A DNA stretch of 64,000 nt, taken from contig CAVPSJ010000011.1 in NCBI GenBank assembly GCA_963708295.1, positions 192,001 through 256,000 on the forward strand. Reading direction: 5' to 3'. Position numbers and translations under genes: made by a program. Shown in pieces: positions 19,805-30,718 of this stretch. Below the pieces are notes generated by a model. It was not told where the DNA came from. It did no database searches and saw nothing but the letters and a program-made list of their open reading frames with translations. Within the stretch, counting starts at the first letter, position 1. Every line of letters begins with the position of its first letter. The stretch comes from an uncultured delta proteobacterium (GTDB taxonomy: Bacteria; Desulfobacterota; BSN033; UBA1163).

Positions 19805-21052
19805 CTATGTACTTTGCGCCATCTTCAGTAGGTATTTTCTCAGCATGTCGAGTCCAATGATGGCAGCTCTTTCTCGGACCGTCCAAAGTTCGCCGCCGAT
19901 TGAATGTTCTTGATTCTCAACTCCGGTAGAAGTTGAGAGAGAATAGCAAGTCTCTACCCGGTATTCGCCCTTTTTCTGTTCCTCAGCAATTCCGGCAAAC
20001 GTGGCCAGCCCGAGATCCGTTCCAAGTCCCACTCGGGATTTATCGGCCAATAACCCAACAACTCTCTTAGAATCATCCCTGAGAGAGTTGAACTCTTCCG
20101 CGGATAAATTAAGAAACGCTCTCTTCGAAGTTTCTGAAGATAGAACGCTGCCCTGAACAAAGGACTCAATACCGGTGCTTGCCAATTTCTGAGAGATGAT
20201 TCCTCCGGTGAAGGCTTCAACTACAGATAGCGTAAGATTTAACCTTTCCAATGCCTTGGCAATGTTTCCTTGAAGTGTTTCATCACCCTCTCCGTAAATC
20301 AAGATGCCCAGGCGGCCTCGAATTTCCCGCTCCATTTTTTGGATCAGAGTTGAGGCTTCCTCCGATGTGTCGGCTTTGGCTGTAATTCGAATTCTTATGT
20401 CTCCTATAGAGGCAAGCGTCCCCACCGTCGGATTCTTGCTCTCTCTCATCAGGTCTTTGATCTGCTGACCTACGCCGCTCTCTCCCAAACCACATGCCCT
20501 CAACACCCTATACTGGATCACTTGACGGTGGAGATGAAAGCGCTTTCGAAGAAAAGGGATAACGGTGTTTTCCATCAAGTATTCCATCTCGAACGGGACA
20601 CCGGGAATGGATAAGATGACTCCCCTTGAGGTTTCAACGATAAATCCCGGGGCAGTTCCTTTCGGGTTTTCGATGGGAATGGCGCCTTCGGGAATATAGG
20701 CTTGTTTTCGATTACTCTCCGCCATTTGAAAGCCCCGTCTTTGAAAGAGAGCATTGATCTGCTCCATAAGATGGGGCTGAAAGGTAAGAGGACGCTGGGT
20801 GACTTGGGCCACAGCCTCCCGGGTGAGATCGTCTTCCGTGGGGCCGATGCCGCCGGTCGTGATGACGATCTCGGATCGATGGATGGCAGCGCCGATGGTT
20901 TCTTTCATCCGTTCGAGATCGTCGCCCACGGTGGTCGTATGGATAAGCTCGATGCCGTTTTCTGCAAGGGATCTGGAAATGGAAGCGGAGTTCGTATCAA
21001 TGATCTGGCCCAGAAGGAGCTCTGATCCAATCGCAATCACTTCAGCATTCAT
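19805..21052 (-). CDS. cinA: CinA-family protein (MoCF-biosynthesis-like domain plus degenerate PncC domain)
   Basis: IGSELLLGQIIDTN, GGIGPTEDDLT, NPKGTAPG, PGVPFEM. Confidence 0.9.
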   Translation of the reverse strand: MNAEVIAIGSELLLGQIIDTNSASISRSLAENGIELIHTTTVGDDLERMKETIGAAIHRSEIVITTGGIGPTEDDLTREAVAQVTQRPLTFQPHLMEQINALFQRRGFQMAESNRKQAYIPEGAIPIENPKGTAPGFIVETSRGVILSIPGVPFEMEYLMENTVIPFLRKRFHLHRQVIQYRVLRACGLGESGVGQQIKDLMRESKNPTVGTLASIGDIRIRITAKADTSEEASTLIQKMEREIRGRLGILIYGEGDETLQGNIAKALERLNLTLSVVEAFTGGIISQKLASTGIESFVQGSVLSSETSKRAFLNLSAEEFNSLRDDSKRVVGLLADKSRVGLGTDLGLATFAGIAEEQKKGEYRVETCYSLSTSTGVENQEHSIGGELWTVRERAAIIGLDMLRKYLLKMAQST

Positions 21053-21072
21053 CGTTTATCAGAGGAAGAAAC

Positions 21073-21119
21073 AAAGCGCCCCTGGCCTGACTCGAACAGG
21101 CGACCTGCGGATTAGGAAT
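21073..21119 (-). repeat. att direct repeat (3' half of tRNA-Arg)
   Basis: 47 bp identical to 32547-32593. Confidence 0.95.
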
Positions 21120-21909
21120 GGGGCTAAAGCAAAAAATAAGGCATTGGGCAATGAAAGTCAAGTATCAGAAAGAATTAAGAATGTCTAAGTTTACTGGAAT
21201 TGACGGGGGATTCTTGACAGACCGAAAAAGGAAAGGGACCTGTCACAGAATCCCCTACATGTGGGAAGGCCGACCAACTGCTTTCAGCCAGGTTACGGGG
21301 GATCCTTCCCACCATTTTTTTGAATGGGGAGAGAGGATCATCCCGGGGAAAGGAGTAATCTGGGAATCAAAAAAACACTGACTACCTCCTCTTGGGAGCG
21401 ACATAGGTATACCGAATCCATCTATGCATACACTTTCAAATTTTTCCTGCCATAAGAGTTTTGCCAAACATTTCTCCTTTGCAGGTTTGCCCAAAATTTT
21501 AGGCTATGGAAATTGGCAGAAAAGTTCTTGAAGGGGAGGTCTACGGCATGATGAGAAGAAGAGTGCAATTAGCAGATAGGGAGTGGAAATGGCTCTGGGA
21601 GTATACCCGGATAGGAAGTAACGCCAGCCAGGCCGCAAGGGTGGCTATAAGGGAACGTACCTTATTTAGTAATGAAGTTGAAAATTACTTCGTGGTCACT
21701 GTTGTGACCTATGTTACCGCCGGTCAACTTAGTATTCCCCACCACACTTCGGATATCTGGCCTACATTGAAGAATAAAATCCCACTTGCTTTTAATCTTG
21801 TTGTCCATTTATTCCTTTCTTCTCTTCATCTCCTGATCTCGCACCACCATTTCTAAAAACTCTTCTTTGCTGAATATCCCTTTTCCGCAAAGAATCTGGT
21901 AAAGATTCT

Positions 21910-22316
21910 TCACTTTGGAATAACACGAAAATCGGTACTTGCCATATTTGTCGGTTGAATCTTCCCGTCTCGAATATAAAGAACATAACCTTTCAAAAGA
22001 CGTGCACGAGGATTTGCAGTGTGAATCTGTACCTTGATCGTTCCTCGTAATCCATAATTTACATCTGTTACCTTAAAACAGTGTGGGCCATCATCTGCGA
22101 AGTAGAAGCAAGCTCCCTTGATTTCCGGTTCACCATCTGCCTCAAAACTGATATTCACAATAAATGGTAAGTGTAACCTGATATTTTCCTTTTCTGGAAC
22201 GAGTATACTTAATAATCTTAGCTCACCGGGAGCAAGGGATTTAGGCACTGTGGCGCATGAAGAAATTTGTAATAAAACCGCTCCCATTATTAAAAAAGCT
22301 ATTGAGATAGACTCAT
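21910..22316 (-). CDS. Putative lipoprotein (start region frameshifted)
   Basis: Hydrophobic leader ...IAFLIMGAVLLQISS-C; the upstream ATG is one base out of frame. Confidence 0.55.
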
Positions 22317-22329
22317 AATCGCGTGCTCC

Positions 22330-22507
22330 CTATATCGTCTCTGTCTTCTCTACCCTCATCTCTTTATCCGCCACCCCACCCATCTTCAAGATGTCCTCTT
22401 TGATCTATATCCCCTTCTCCCTTGTTAGGGCTTCCTGCGAGACTACCTGGAACAGGAGAAGTTCATCATTGAAAACGATTTGTTTAGGATCACGTGCGAT
22501 TGCCATA
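22330..22507 (-). pseudogene. Small hypothetical protein with an internal stop
   Basis: GGAGG RBS; MAIARDPKQIVFNDELLLFQVVSQEALTREKGI*IKEDILKM... Confidence 0.4.
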
Positions 22508-22532
22508 AATCCTCCATTGAGTTCATCCTCAA

Positions 22533-23207
22533 TTATGTCTCCAGTGATCCACCTTCATACTTTTTGAGATGAGATACATCATTCACCACTTCTGCCAATA
22601 GCTGTCCCTCTCTCTTGTAAAGAACATTTAAGGCTGCCCCATCCTGCTGAAAGTCCCGGAATCGGTCAAGGGGAAGCCCCAGTGCATAGCAAATTATGGT
22701 GCGGTTTACGAAATTGTGACTGCAGAGTAGCAGCGTGCTTCCAGGGGGATAAGGCTTGGTGATCCTTTCCAATGTATCCATAGCCCTAATCTGAACCTCC
22801 CCTAGACTTTCTCCGCCAGGCATTTTGAGATGAGAGGGCGTGGTCCTCCAGGTTTTATAAAACTCCTGGTGCTGTGAAATCCAATCCCCGGCTTGCATTC
22901 CATCAAGCTCCCCCAGATCCATCTCGATTAAGCCTTGTTCCTCAAAAAAGGGGGGTGATGGGTGGAATGCCTTAATTGATTGTGCTGTTTCCATTGCCCT
23001 GATTAATGGGCTGGAGTAAATGGCTTTCAGGGGTTCATCTTTTAATGCCAAGGCCAATGCTTGAGCCTGGTTCTTACCCTCTTTGTTTAAGGGTATGTCT
23101 ATCCTGCCTTGGAAACGGTGTGTCAGGTTAAAATCGGTTTCGCCATGACGAACGAGGAGGATACGGATTCCTAAAGTCTCGGAATTTTTCTCTGCTTCTT
23201 TTCCCAT
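22533..23207 (-). CDS. Histidine phosphatase (phosphoglycerate mutase/CobC family)
   Basis: LVRHGET, SSPLIRA.ETA, EMDLGE, PGGES, CSH. Confidence 0.92.
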   Translation of the reverse strand: MGKEAEKNSETLGIRILLVRHGETDFNLTHRFQGRIDIPLNKEGKNQAQALALALKDEPLKAIYSSPLIRAMETAQSIKAFHPSPPFFEEQGLIEMDLGELDGMQAGDWISQHQEFYKTWRTTPSHLKMPGGESLGEVQIRAMDTLERITKPYPPGSTLLLCSHNFVNRTIICYALGLPLDRFRDFQQDGAALNVLYKREGQLLAEVVNDVSHLKKYEGGSLET

Positions 23208-23681
23208 AAAACCCCTTTATTCCTCATCAAATTCTATTTGCCTCTTCCCATATAAACCTCCGAATGTTTATCATGCTCCTCCCAATTCGTTATAGGCCGT
23301 AATCTCATTTCCAGACCGTTCGCCCCCCAATGGTTAAAGGTCATTGTTAGAGAATCTCAGTTTAGATTGGAGTGTATTAAATTACAGACGGGGTGTCAAT
23401 GAGAATTGGGATGATGAGCCTTAGTTGGATGGCAGAGAGATGAAGATATTTGCAGAGAGCCTAAATTGGGGAGTACAAATCTTGCTCTGGATCAATTCGG
23501 AGGTTCAACGATTACGAGTGGAAATGTACATAAGAAAGGCAGGGCCATCTCTGGTTCCTGACTTTACTGTCCTGCGATCAGGTATTGATTTATTTCTTAG
23601 ACTTCTTTCCAAATCCTGGAAGACCCATAAGGTCTGAATAGATAGCCTATTCTCGGGACATGAGTGAATTGAATTAGCCAA

Positions 23682-23855
23682 TTAGGCCCGTTTTTTCGGC
23701 TTCATCTGCTTTTCACAGCAAACGATATCGCAGGTATCCATACACCCGCAAACTTCATCCACTGTTACGGCAAGTCCACAAACGCCGCATTTGTAAACAT
23801 CGCACTTCTTTACAACCTTTTTCGCAACATTTTTTACTGCCTTCTTTTGAACTAT
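23682..23855 (-). CDS. Small Cys-rich, desulforedoxin-like metal-binding protein (ATA start or lost ATG)
   Basis: YKCGVCGLAVTVDEVCGCMDTCDIVCCEKQM; RBS AAAGGAGG 5 nt before ATA. Confidence 0.6.
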   Translation of the reverse strand: MVQKKAVKNVAKKVVKKCDVYKCGVCGLAVTVDEVCGCMDTCDIVCCEKQMKPKKRA

Positions 23856-23929
23856 GACTTCCTCCTTTCTCAGTTGAAGAGGTCCTTGGTGGGGCGGGCG
23901 CATTCCCATTTCGTTGACGAGATTTTCCA

Positions 23930-24650
23930 TTACGACCCGCAATCAGATAGGCCATGATGCACGAATGACCGTTCCTTTCCGTTGACGGGTTCAATATCAA
24001 ATGATCCAACTGACAATTCCGCTCGCTCTCTCATGCTACCAAGGCCCAATCCCTTTTTGATACTTTCCATATCAAACCCAATCCCATTATTTTCAATCAC
24101 CAATTCTATCCTATCGTCCGTTTTTCTCGTCAGAGAAATGCTCCCAAGGTTTGCCTTGCCATGTTTGGCAATATTGTTCATGGCCCCTTGCAGGATTCGG
24201 TAAATCACTGCTTTCAGAGGATCAGGCACTTGGGTTTCTTCTATTTCGGTCTGTTTCTCAACACGGATGCCAGGATAAGTCTTCTGGTATTCCCGAACGA
24301 ACCATTCAATGGTGGGCAGCAGACCAAGATCATCCAGAAGGGCAGGTCGCAAATTCATCCCGATTCTTCTAACTTCATCCAAGCTTTGCTGAATCATCGG
24401 CATTATTGCTTCCAATGATTCAAATCCTGTCTTGAGCTTATCGCCTACCCTTTCAAGAGTGCTTCTTACGTTAAATGCGATAGCACTTAAAGATTGTCCG
24501 AGGCCATCGTGGAGTTCACAGGCAATCCTTTTTCTTTCTCCTCAGCAAGGAGAAGCTGGGAAGTAAGATTTGTGACTTGTGACTCCGATTCCTTTAATGC
24601 ATTCTCTGCTTTTTTCAATGCTTCTTCTGCATGCTCACGCCCCATCCTGT
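23930..24650 (-). pseudogene. HisKA_3 (NarX/UhpB-type) sensor kinase remnant
   Basis: RKRIACELHDGLGQSLSAI, LRPALLDDLGL, MNNIAKHG, GLGLGSMRERA; frameshifts; no sensor domain. Confidence 0.8.
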
Positions 24651-24683
24651 TTTAATCGATTGAAGATTACTGACTGAAAGAGA

Positions 24684-24783
24684 GGATAACGCTTCGCCTC
24701 ACGTGCGGCGCTCCTGTTGTGATTACTCAAACGGCGTTCATTGCAGATTATCGGCACCCACAACGATCAGGTTTTTGTTATTC
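24684..24783 (-). other. attC-like integron recombination site
   Basis: Minus strand GAATAAC-5nt-CCTGATCG...CGTGAGG-6nt-GTTATCC, 100 bp; the upstream gene's stop codon lies inside R''. Confidence 0.5.
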
Positions 24784-25098
24784 CCCATATACTTTTATGG
24801 TATACTTTGCATAGATCCCTAAAATATTCATTGCATCGTGATCAATGTGTTGAATTTTGGTAATGTTTCCATTTTTCATGGCCGCACTTATACTGCAATC
24901 CCCCGTGGCAACCAATCCCAGCATCGACGCGCACTCCCCGGTTCCAACCTTTGCAGACCCTGTGTTTGAAGTTGCTGTCACGGGGGCCTTGAGGTCGGTG
25001 TATAAACACCCCTTCACGGGTCCAACAACCGTTGCACATCCCATCAATAATCCTGCCAAAAACATGACAAACAACAAGCAACCTATTATCTTTTTCAC
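24778..25098 (-). CDS. TRL-like family lipoprotein
   Basis: Lipobox LMGC; GTGECASMLGLVATGDCSISAAMKNGNITKIQHID pattern. Confidence 0.8.
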   Translation of the reverse strand: MKKIIGCLLFVMFLAGLLMGCATVVGPVKGCLYTDLKAPVTATSNTGSAKVGTGECASMLGLVATGDCSISAAMKNGNITKIQHIDHDAMNILGIYAKYTIKVYGE

Positions 25099-25701
25099 AG
25101 TCTTTTCCCTCCTTTAATTTTTTCCGCTGTGGGTGCCGTCCGAGATTAAAGTGGTCTCTCATTACATTGATGAAGGACATTCCCTCATTATTTTATACTA
25201 CAAAATCTGATCTAAGGGCGAAATACATTGAAGGCCGTATTTCGCCGAGAAAAAATGCTGTATTTCTCAAAAAAATGGGCTTTATCTAGAGGATTTTAAG
25301 GGTCTGTGTATGGCAGAATTTTAAACTTCGCTGTGGAATGCTATTTCATGCGGAAATGATCGGATGATTTCTCTTTGAAGTGTAGTATTAAACGAAGAAA
25401 GCCAGAAATGATGACTAAAGGAAGTACTAAATGAGATTTCCTTTTGGAGATTTTTGGAGCAGGTTGATAGTAAAATTTGGCGACAGCACCTACCTATACG
25501 TAACAAAATGGATTGACCGTTAAGACGGCTAAGGGTCATTATCTATTCTGCTTTTTCTTGAAAAAGAAAAGGAGGAAGAGAGATGACCACAGCAGAGCCG
25601 ATTGTTAAGGAATCAGTCGCAACAGAAAAGAAAGAATTATGAGAGCTGCCTCTTTCATCAACCCTAATCGACGACATTTTATGAGAGACTAATTCAAAGA
25701 A

Positions 25702-25738
25702 GGGCCTCCAAAGGGATACAACAATCCCTTGGAGGCCT
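25702..25738. terminator. GC-rich stem-loop, possible terminator
   Basis: gggcctccaaagggat-acaaca-atcccttggaggcct; no clear U tract. Confidence 0.35.
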
Positions 25739-25979
25739 CACGTGGGCATCTTTTGGGAACTCCTTCTCATACGGCACTCCAGAAAGTTAGAGGTTAGGTT
25801 GTAAGGTTAATTAGGGTCAGGTAGGAAGAAACGATTAGAAAATACTCTTAAATACGTTAACTGTCAAGAAAGAATTTGTTCGGAATTTGTTCGGGGAATC
25901 CAACCATCTTGCTAATTTCTCATTGAAATATTGCATGGAAAGGTAGAGATCGAAAAGGAAGATTTCAGGAAGAAAGCGG

Positions 25980-26088
25980 TGAGTTGAAACTCCATCCACA
26001 GGAGGCTTTGACCCGGTGAGACCCGGCCTATAAAGTGGGAAGGACTTGGAGGATTGCGAAGAAAGATATTGAATGGTTGAGGCGGTAA
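25980..26088 (+). pseudogene. HTH_17 / excisionase-like remnant
   Basis: 26026-26088 translates AYKVGRTWRIAKKDIEWLRR*; upstream part is broken. Confidence 0.55.
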
Positions 26089-26097
26089 TTGTGAAGG

Positions 26098-26601
26098 CTA
26101 TCTGCGAATGTTTTGAGAGATATATTGGCGACCAGAGGAAGTAATGCTAAACCGAGGATCCCTTTTACGACCATTAATAGATATAAAGCCTACTCTGGTT
26201 TGTTCTATTAAATTGTTTTCTAAAAGGAAATTGAAATGATACCGGGTGGTGCTGACATCAATAGAAAGTGTATAAGCGACTTCACTGACAGACAGTTCCC
26301 GGCGTCTGTAAAAGAACATTTTCAAAACACTCTCGGTGACTGCATCGAGATGTGTTTTTGCATCATTCTTTTCAAGTTCTTGGATGAATTGATTCAGTCG
26401 TTCTATTTCTTTCCTTGCCTTATTAAGTTGAGATTCTATTGTATTCTTTTTGCTCTTCAAAAAAGTATTGTTCAATTTGATGGCACTGTTCTTTTCCTCA
26501 ATTACGGATATTTGATCCCTAAGGAGGTCAAGCCGTTCTTTAAGAATGGTAGATGATCCATGCTCGTCAATAAGTCCCTCAATGTAAGCTATCGGGTCCA
26601 T
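26098..26601 (-). CDS. Coiled-coil plus winged-HTH protein
   Basis: Heptad-rich N-terminal half; LSVSEVAYTLSIDVSTTRYHFNFLLENNLI ... ITSSGR. Confidence 0.65.
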   Translation of the reverse strand: MDPIAYIEGLIDEHGSSTILKERLDLLRDQISVIEEKNSAIKLNNTFLKSKKNTIESQLNKARKEIERLNQFIQELEKNDAKTHLDAVTESVLKMFFYRRRELSVSEVAYTLSIDVSTTRYHFNFLLENNLIEQTRVGFISINGRKRDPRFSITSSGRQYISQNIRR

Positions 26602-26932
26602 TTGCGTACACTCCTTATTTGTTGAACCGAAAATATGAGGAAGATACGGTCAAGGGTTGATTGCCATGCACAAGGTATCAAAAAATTGGGTAGAACACAA
26701 CAAAATTTTTTAAAAATCCATGTCCAATCAAGTCCAATGCTCTTTGACAACTGAATATTGATCTTCTTTTTTGAGGCTTACAACTCATTACTCTGAGATA
26801 ATTCTTGCGAGTAAAGATTACCGGTAGAAATGCGCGAGATTAAATAAAGCAGGATTTTGTTGCAATCCCTCACCTCAACCCGGCCTTGTCGAGGGCTTCA
26901 ATCCCACTTCATCTGTCTCGCCCAACCGCAGA

Positions 26933-27094
26933 CTACCACCATTTACCTTTCATCATACCACGCGCGTCCAAATTGTTGCTGGACCCAACGAATTGCGAGT
27001 TGCCCACATCTTTCCTCGGATCATACGTCGTTGCGCACCCGATGGATATCAACATGAGAATAAAAGCAACTGTAATGTAAATGAACTTTTTCAC
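26933..27094 (-). CDS. Small lipoprotein (53 aa)
   Basis: AAGGAGG RBS, GTG start, MKKFIYITVAFILMLISIG-C. Confidence 0.6.
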   Translation of the reverse strand: MKKFIYITVAFILMLISIGCATTYDPRKDVGNSQFVGSSNNLDARGMMKGKWW

Positions 27095-27109
27095 CGTTTC
27101 CTCCTTATG

Positions 27110-27598
27110 ATTTGGAGACTGAGAGACGTCATCAAGCGGCCCGATTTTGAAAAGTACACCTCGATGGTAAAAGCCATACTCAGAAACCAAGGATTACGAA
27201 TTGAAAGAGATGATAACAATCTGCGTTTCCTATTTTTTCCCTTTTTCTTCAACCATTCTTTTAGATTGTTCAGCAATGACTTCGATATCTGGAGAAATAT
27301 CTGCATCTTCGATAGTGAGCCAATCTATTATTAGCCATTTACTACCGAATTTCCGTAACACAAACGAATTTAATCTTTCTTTGTTGTCGTTATAAATTTA
27401 TTTAACGAATGCGTCCACATCTCCCTCTGGAAGGTGAAAAGTATCCTCCTTCCTGTATTTGCCTTCGCGCATATTGATTATTTCATAAGTCTGCAGGATA
27501 GGACTCACTACGTTGAATCTTTTTTCTGCTAAATCCTCATTCCAGCTTACCACTGTCCTTTTTTTGATATTCGAAATCTGATGTCCTGAAGGCCTCAT
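27110..27598 (-). pseudogene. Unknown gene with in-frame stops
   Basis: A protein-like frame continues past stops (...DVDAFVK*IYNDNKERLNSFVLRKFGSKWLIIDWLTIEDADISPDIEV...). Confidence 0.4.
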
Positions 27599-27956
27599 AA
27601 TAGGTTTTCAGGGCTTTTCCCGGAGTCGACAGCTCTACATCAAAGTCTGTGGAATGCCGGCATGCCAGGCTTATTATAAGTACAATACTCACCAACAAAA
27701 GTCTCTTCATTCAAGTATCCTATGGTTCCTATCTCTTGAGGATTTACGGTTGTAATATACACCTTTTAAAGAATTAGGGAACAGAGTGTTACAGGAAGAA
27801 GTCTCCGAAACCAGAGGTCCAAAGAAAAGGCTTGACAAGGTGTTTTTATTTTGACAATTAAAATGTGGGTGAGGGTCCAAGTAGCTATTGTCGGAAATAA
27901 ACCTCAATCAAAAAAGATATATCCGTTGCCAAATTGATTAGACGTGTCCTTGATCA

Positions 27957-28217
27957 GTGGTTAGAGAAAACAGGGAGGGGGTAAACGTGAGGGATTATCG
28001 AGAAGGAGACATTGAGAGTGTTATCCTGACGGAAGATGACGAAGAGTGGTATTTGCAAGCTGACATTTACATGGTTGAGTCAATCGAAAATCTCTTTAAG
28101 GGGGTCCGTCCGGGTTCGGAAGAGCGCTACCGAATAGAGGATACATTGTCTTTATGGGAGGTCAGGGCCAGGCAAGATTTAATTAACGGACTTCTTTACC
28201 AGGGTCCAGCTAATTGA
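27957..28217 (+). CDS. Hypothetical protein
   Basis: 86-aa ORF with a GGAGGGG RBS before an internal GTG. Confidence 0.45.
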   Translation: MVRENREGVNVRDYREGDIESVILTEDDEEWYLQADIYMVESIENLFKGVRPGSEERYRIEDTLSLWEVRARQDLINGLLYQGPAN

Positions 28218-28243
28218 GGGCGTTGAAGAGGGAAAGTGAAACC

Positions 28244-29302
28244 ATGAAACAGATTATGTTGGTCTTGTTGGCTATGGTGATTGGGTTGGTAGTATCAAAT
28301 GTCTGTTATGCCCAGTTAGCAAAAGACCCCGTAAGAACATTACAAAGGCTTCAAGCAAGAGTAGAGGCAGGGATTTCCTACCTAGATTATGCTCCTGCCG
28401 TGGGTGATGTAAAGCTTGAAGTAAATTTATTTTTACAAAGTCCAGAAGCCAAAGAAAACACAGAATTGGCATGGTCTGTTAAATTATCGATGTCTGTTTA
28501 TGAGCTTGCCCTTTCTACTTGGCAAATCAGTATTGCTCAGGTACAAACCTACCAGGCTCGTCCTGAAATGATTTTAAAAAGTAGCGTCGAATCCTTGGGT
28601 AGTTCGCATCCCGAAGTGGCAGATGCAATATCGGCATGGAATGGAATTTCTGAAACGGCCAGAAGAAATAACCAAATTCCAGTTGAATACATTATTAGTG
28701 GTTTATGGAGAGAAGCTGGAAAAGAGTTACAAAAGGCAATTACTTTACTTTCAGAAGGCGTTTACAACAGCCAACAAAAAGCACCACAATTAAAGGCTGT
28801 AGAATCCCTACCACCTGAAACAGCAAAACCGGAAAAACCAATAGCATCAACCTCAACTATTCCTCCTTCAAGTACAACAACTGTTGTTACTGTCACTTGG
28901 ACTTCTGCAGATATTCGCTCAGGCGCAGGGAATGAATTTCCTATCGTGATGACAGTGGATAAAGGAGATAAGTTAACCGTAATTGGAGAACGTGGAGAGT
29001 GGTTTAATGTTCGGTTGGAAGATGGAAAAGAAGGATGGATTAACAGTGAAGCTGTTAAGAGCCAAGAATATGCACCTGAGAAACCTATAACGTCAGCCCC
29101 AACTACTTTTTCTTCAGGGACAAGGAAAATTCTTACTTGGGACTTCTCAGTTGTTAAATCTGGCCCCGGAAATGATTATCCAGTAATAGCTACTTTCCGA
29201 AAAGGTGATAAGCTAACTATTTTGGGGCAATCTGGGGAATGGGTTAGGGTGCGGTCAGACAATAACCAAGAAGGATGGATCAGCAGTAAAGTTTTAGAAT
29301 AG
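28244..29302 (+). CDS. Exported protein with two C-terminal bacterial SH3 domains
   Basis: Signal peptide; IRSGAGNEFPIV...GEWFNVRLEDGKEGWI and VKSGPGNDYPVI...GEWVRVRSDNNQEGWI. Confidence 0.85.
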   Translation: MKQIMLVLLAMVIGLVVSNVCYAQLAKDPVRTLQRLQARVEAGISYLDYAPAVGDVKLEVNLFLQSPEAKENTELAWSVKLSMSVYELALSTWQISIAQVQTYQARPEMILKSSVESLGSSHPEVADAISAWNGISETARRNNQIPVEYIISGLWREAGKELQKAITLLSEGVYNSQQKAPQLKAVESLPPETAKPEKPIASTSTIPPSSTTTVVTVTWTSADIRSGAGNEFPIVMTVDKGDKLTVIGERGEWFNVRLEDGKEGWINSEAVKSQEYAPEKPITSAPTTFSSGTRKILTWDFSVVKSGPGNDYPVIATFRKGDKLTILGQSGEWVRVRSDNNQEGWISSKVLE

Positions 29303-29333
29303 AGTTGCGCTTCTCCAAAAAGGGGGTGAGCAA

Positions 29334-29792
29334 ATGAAATCATTATTGGGTAAATTGGGAGTCATCCTTATCGGGCTTGCTATCTTTACCTATGGTGAAG
29401 TGTGGGGAGCAGATTCAATTAAAGAAGAACATAAGTTACAAGAACGGTGCGGTAAGGATGCAGAGAATTATTTTAGAAGATTTTACGGCACTGGCTATTA
29501 TAAGAGTTATGAAGGTACTAGCCTTTTTCATTACGCAACCCATTATAATAGAAAATTGAATAAGTGTTTTGTTCTGTTAATGGGAGAACTTATCCCACGC
29601 AATACGGAAGAGATGGAAAAGAACGGTGTTACAACTGACAAAGAATTGTGGGATATCAACGATCATATGTTGTATGGATGGTTCTTCAAATTCTATGAGT
29701 CCAAGAAGCCTGTCAGGTGCGGAGTTTTAGGAAAGGATTGTCATTCCGAAAGTGAATGGGATTCTCTTGTAAAACCATACATGGAAGAGTAA
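29334..29792 (+). CDS. Exported hypothetical protein
   Basis: Signal peptide MKSLLGKLGVILIGLAIFTYGEVWG; four Cys. Confidence 0.7.
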   Translation: MKSLLGKLGVILIGLAIFTYGEVWGADSIKEEHKLQERCGKDAENYFRRFYGTGYYKSYEGTSLFHYATHYNRKLNKCFVLLMGELIPRNTEEMEKNGVTTDKELWDINDHMLYGWFFKFYESKKPVRCGVLGKDCHSESEWDSLVKPYMEE

Positions 29793-29957
29793 AGGAAATG
29801 AGATGGTTAGGAGCGTTGTGAAAGAAGGTAAACCCGATTAACCTTAACCGGCCAATCGCCAGAGAGAAGGGAACTTATTGATTCATGGTTCATGGTTTGG
29901 GACTGGCAGGAGTGAGAAGTCTTGTCCTGAGTAACGTGGTGGTAAGAACGAGAGGGG

Positions 29958-30206
29958 ATGAGGAGGATGGTAGGGATAGAAAAGAACGCCTTTGGATTCG
30001 TAACTATAGAACGAAAAAAGAAATCTGAAAGAATAAAAAAAGGTTATCACTTTTACTACTACCACATGAGCTGTCATAAAAATGAGAGGATTGACAGTGT
30101 ATTTACGAAAGTATGGTTGACGTACAGAAAAAAACTTATGGATGAGAAGGGTAGAGATCCGAGGTTATTCTGTTCTCGGTGCGGAGAGGAAATCAAAATC
30201 GAATGA
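29958..30206 (+). CDS. Small hypothetical protein
   Basis: Follows repeat copy 1; C-terminal CSRC. Confidence 0.45.
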   Translation: MRRMVGIEKNAFGFVTIERKKKSERIKKGYHFYYYHMSCHKNERIDSVFTKVWLTYRKKLMDEKGRDPRLFCSRCGEEIKIE

Positions 30207-30551
30207 CGAGAGGGAGTGGGTTGAATGGGAAGCATTAGCGATGAATACATTAAGGGCTACTGGAAAGGTAAGTGTTAAGGTGATTCTTGAGTGGGTTAGG
30301 ATTCTCTTTTGCTATATGCTTTTTCCAGAACGAAAACGTTGGTCAGGCTTAAGTGACTTTCATCTTCTGATTCAAGAACAACCGTTGCACGATCAGTCCA
30401 CTTTACCCTGCAAATCTGTCCATCTGATTGGCGGATATAGATATCTCCTACTTTCATGATACATTTACCTTAAATATATTTTCACATATATCTGTCAGGA
30501 AATCAAACCGAAGGGAAGTGATCCTGATTACCATTAACCGGAAGAAAGGAG

Positions 30552-30718
30552 ATGAGAGGATGAGAGTCATGGAGCGACTCCGTAGAACAAGACAGAGAAA
30601 GAAACTGACCAAGAGACTAGAGAAAACTTCAGACTACTTAGAGAGGCTTAAGATTGAAGCGGAGATTGAAAGACTCCGATGGAAAAGTAAAGACTCTGTA
30701 AAGGACGTAACTCATTGA
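30552..30718 (+). CDS. Small basic hypothetical protein
   Basis: AAAGGAG RBS; MRVMERLRRTRQRKKLTKRLEK. Start approximate. Confidence 0.4.

Noticed and set aside
24752-25138. 11-bp inverted repeats flanking the TRL gene as an invertible segment
   Set aside because: Short enough to be chance, one copy lies within the attC-like stem, and no invertase is nearby.
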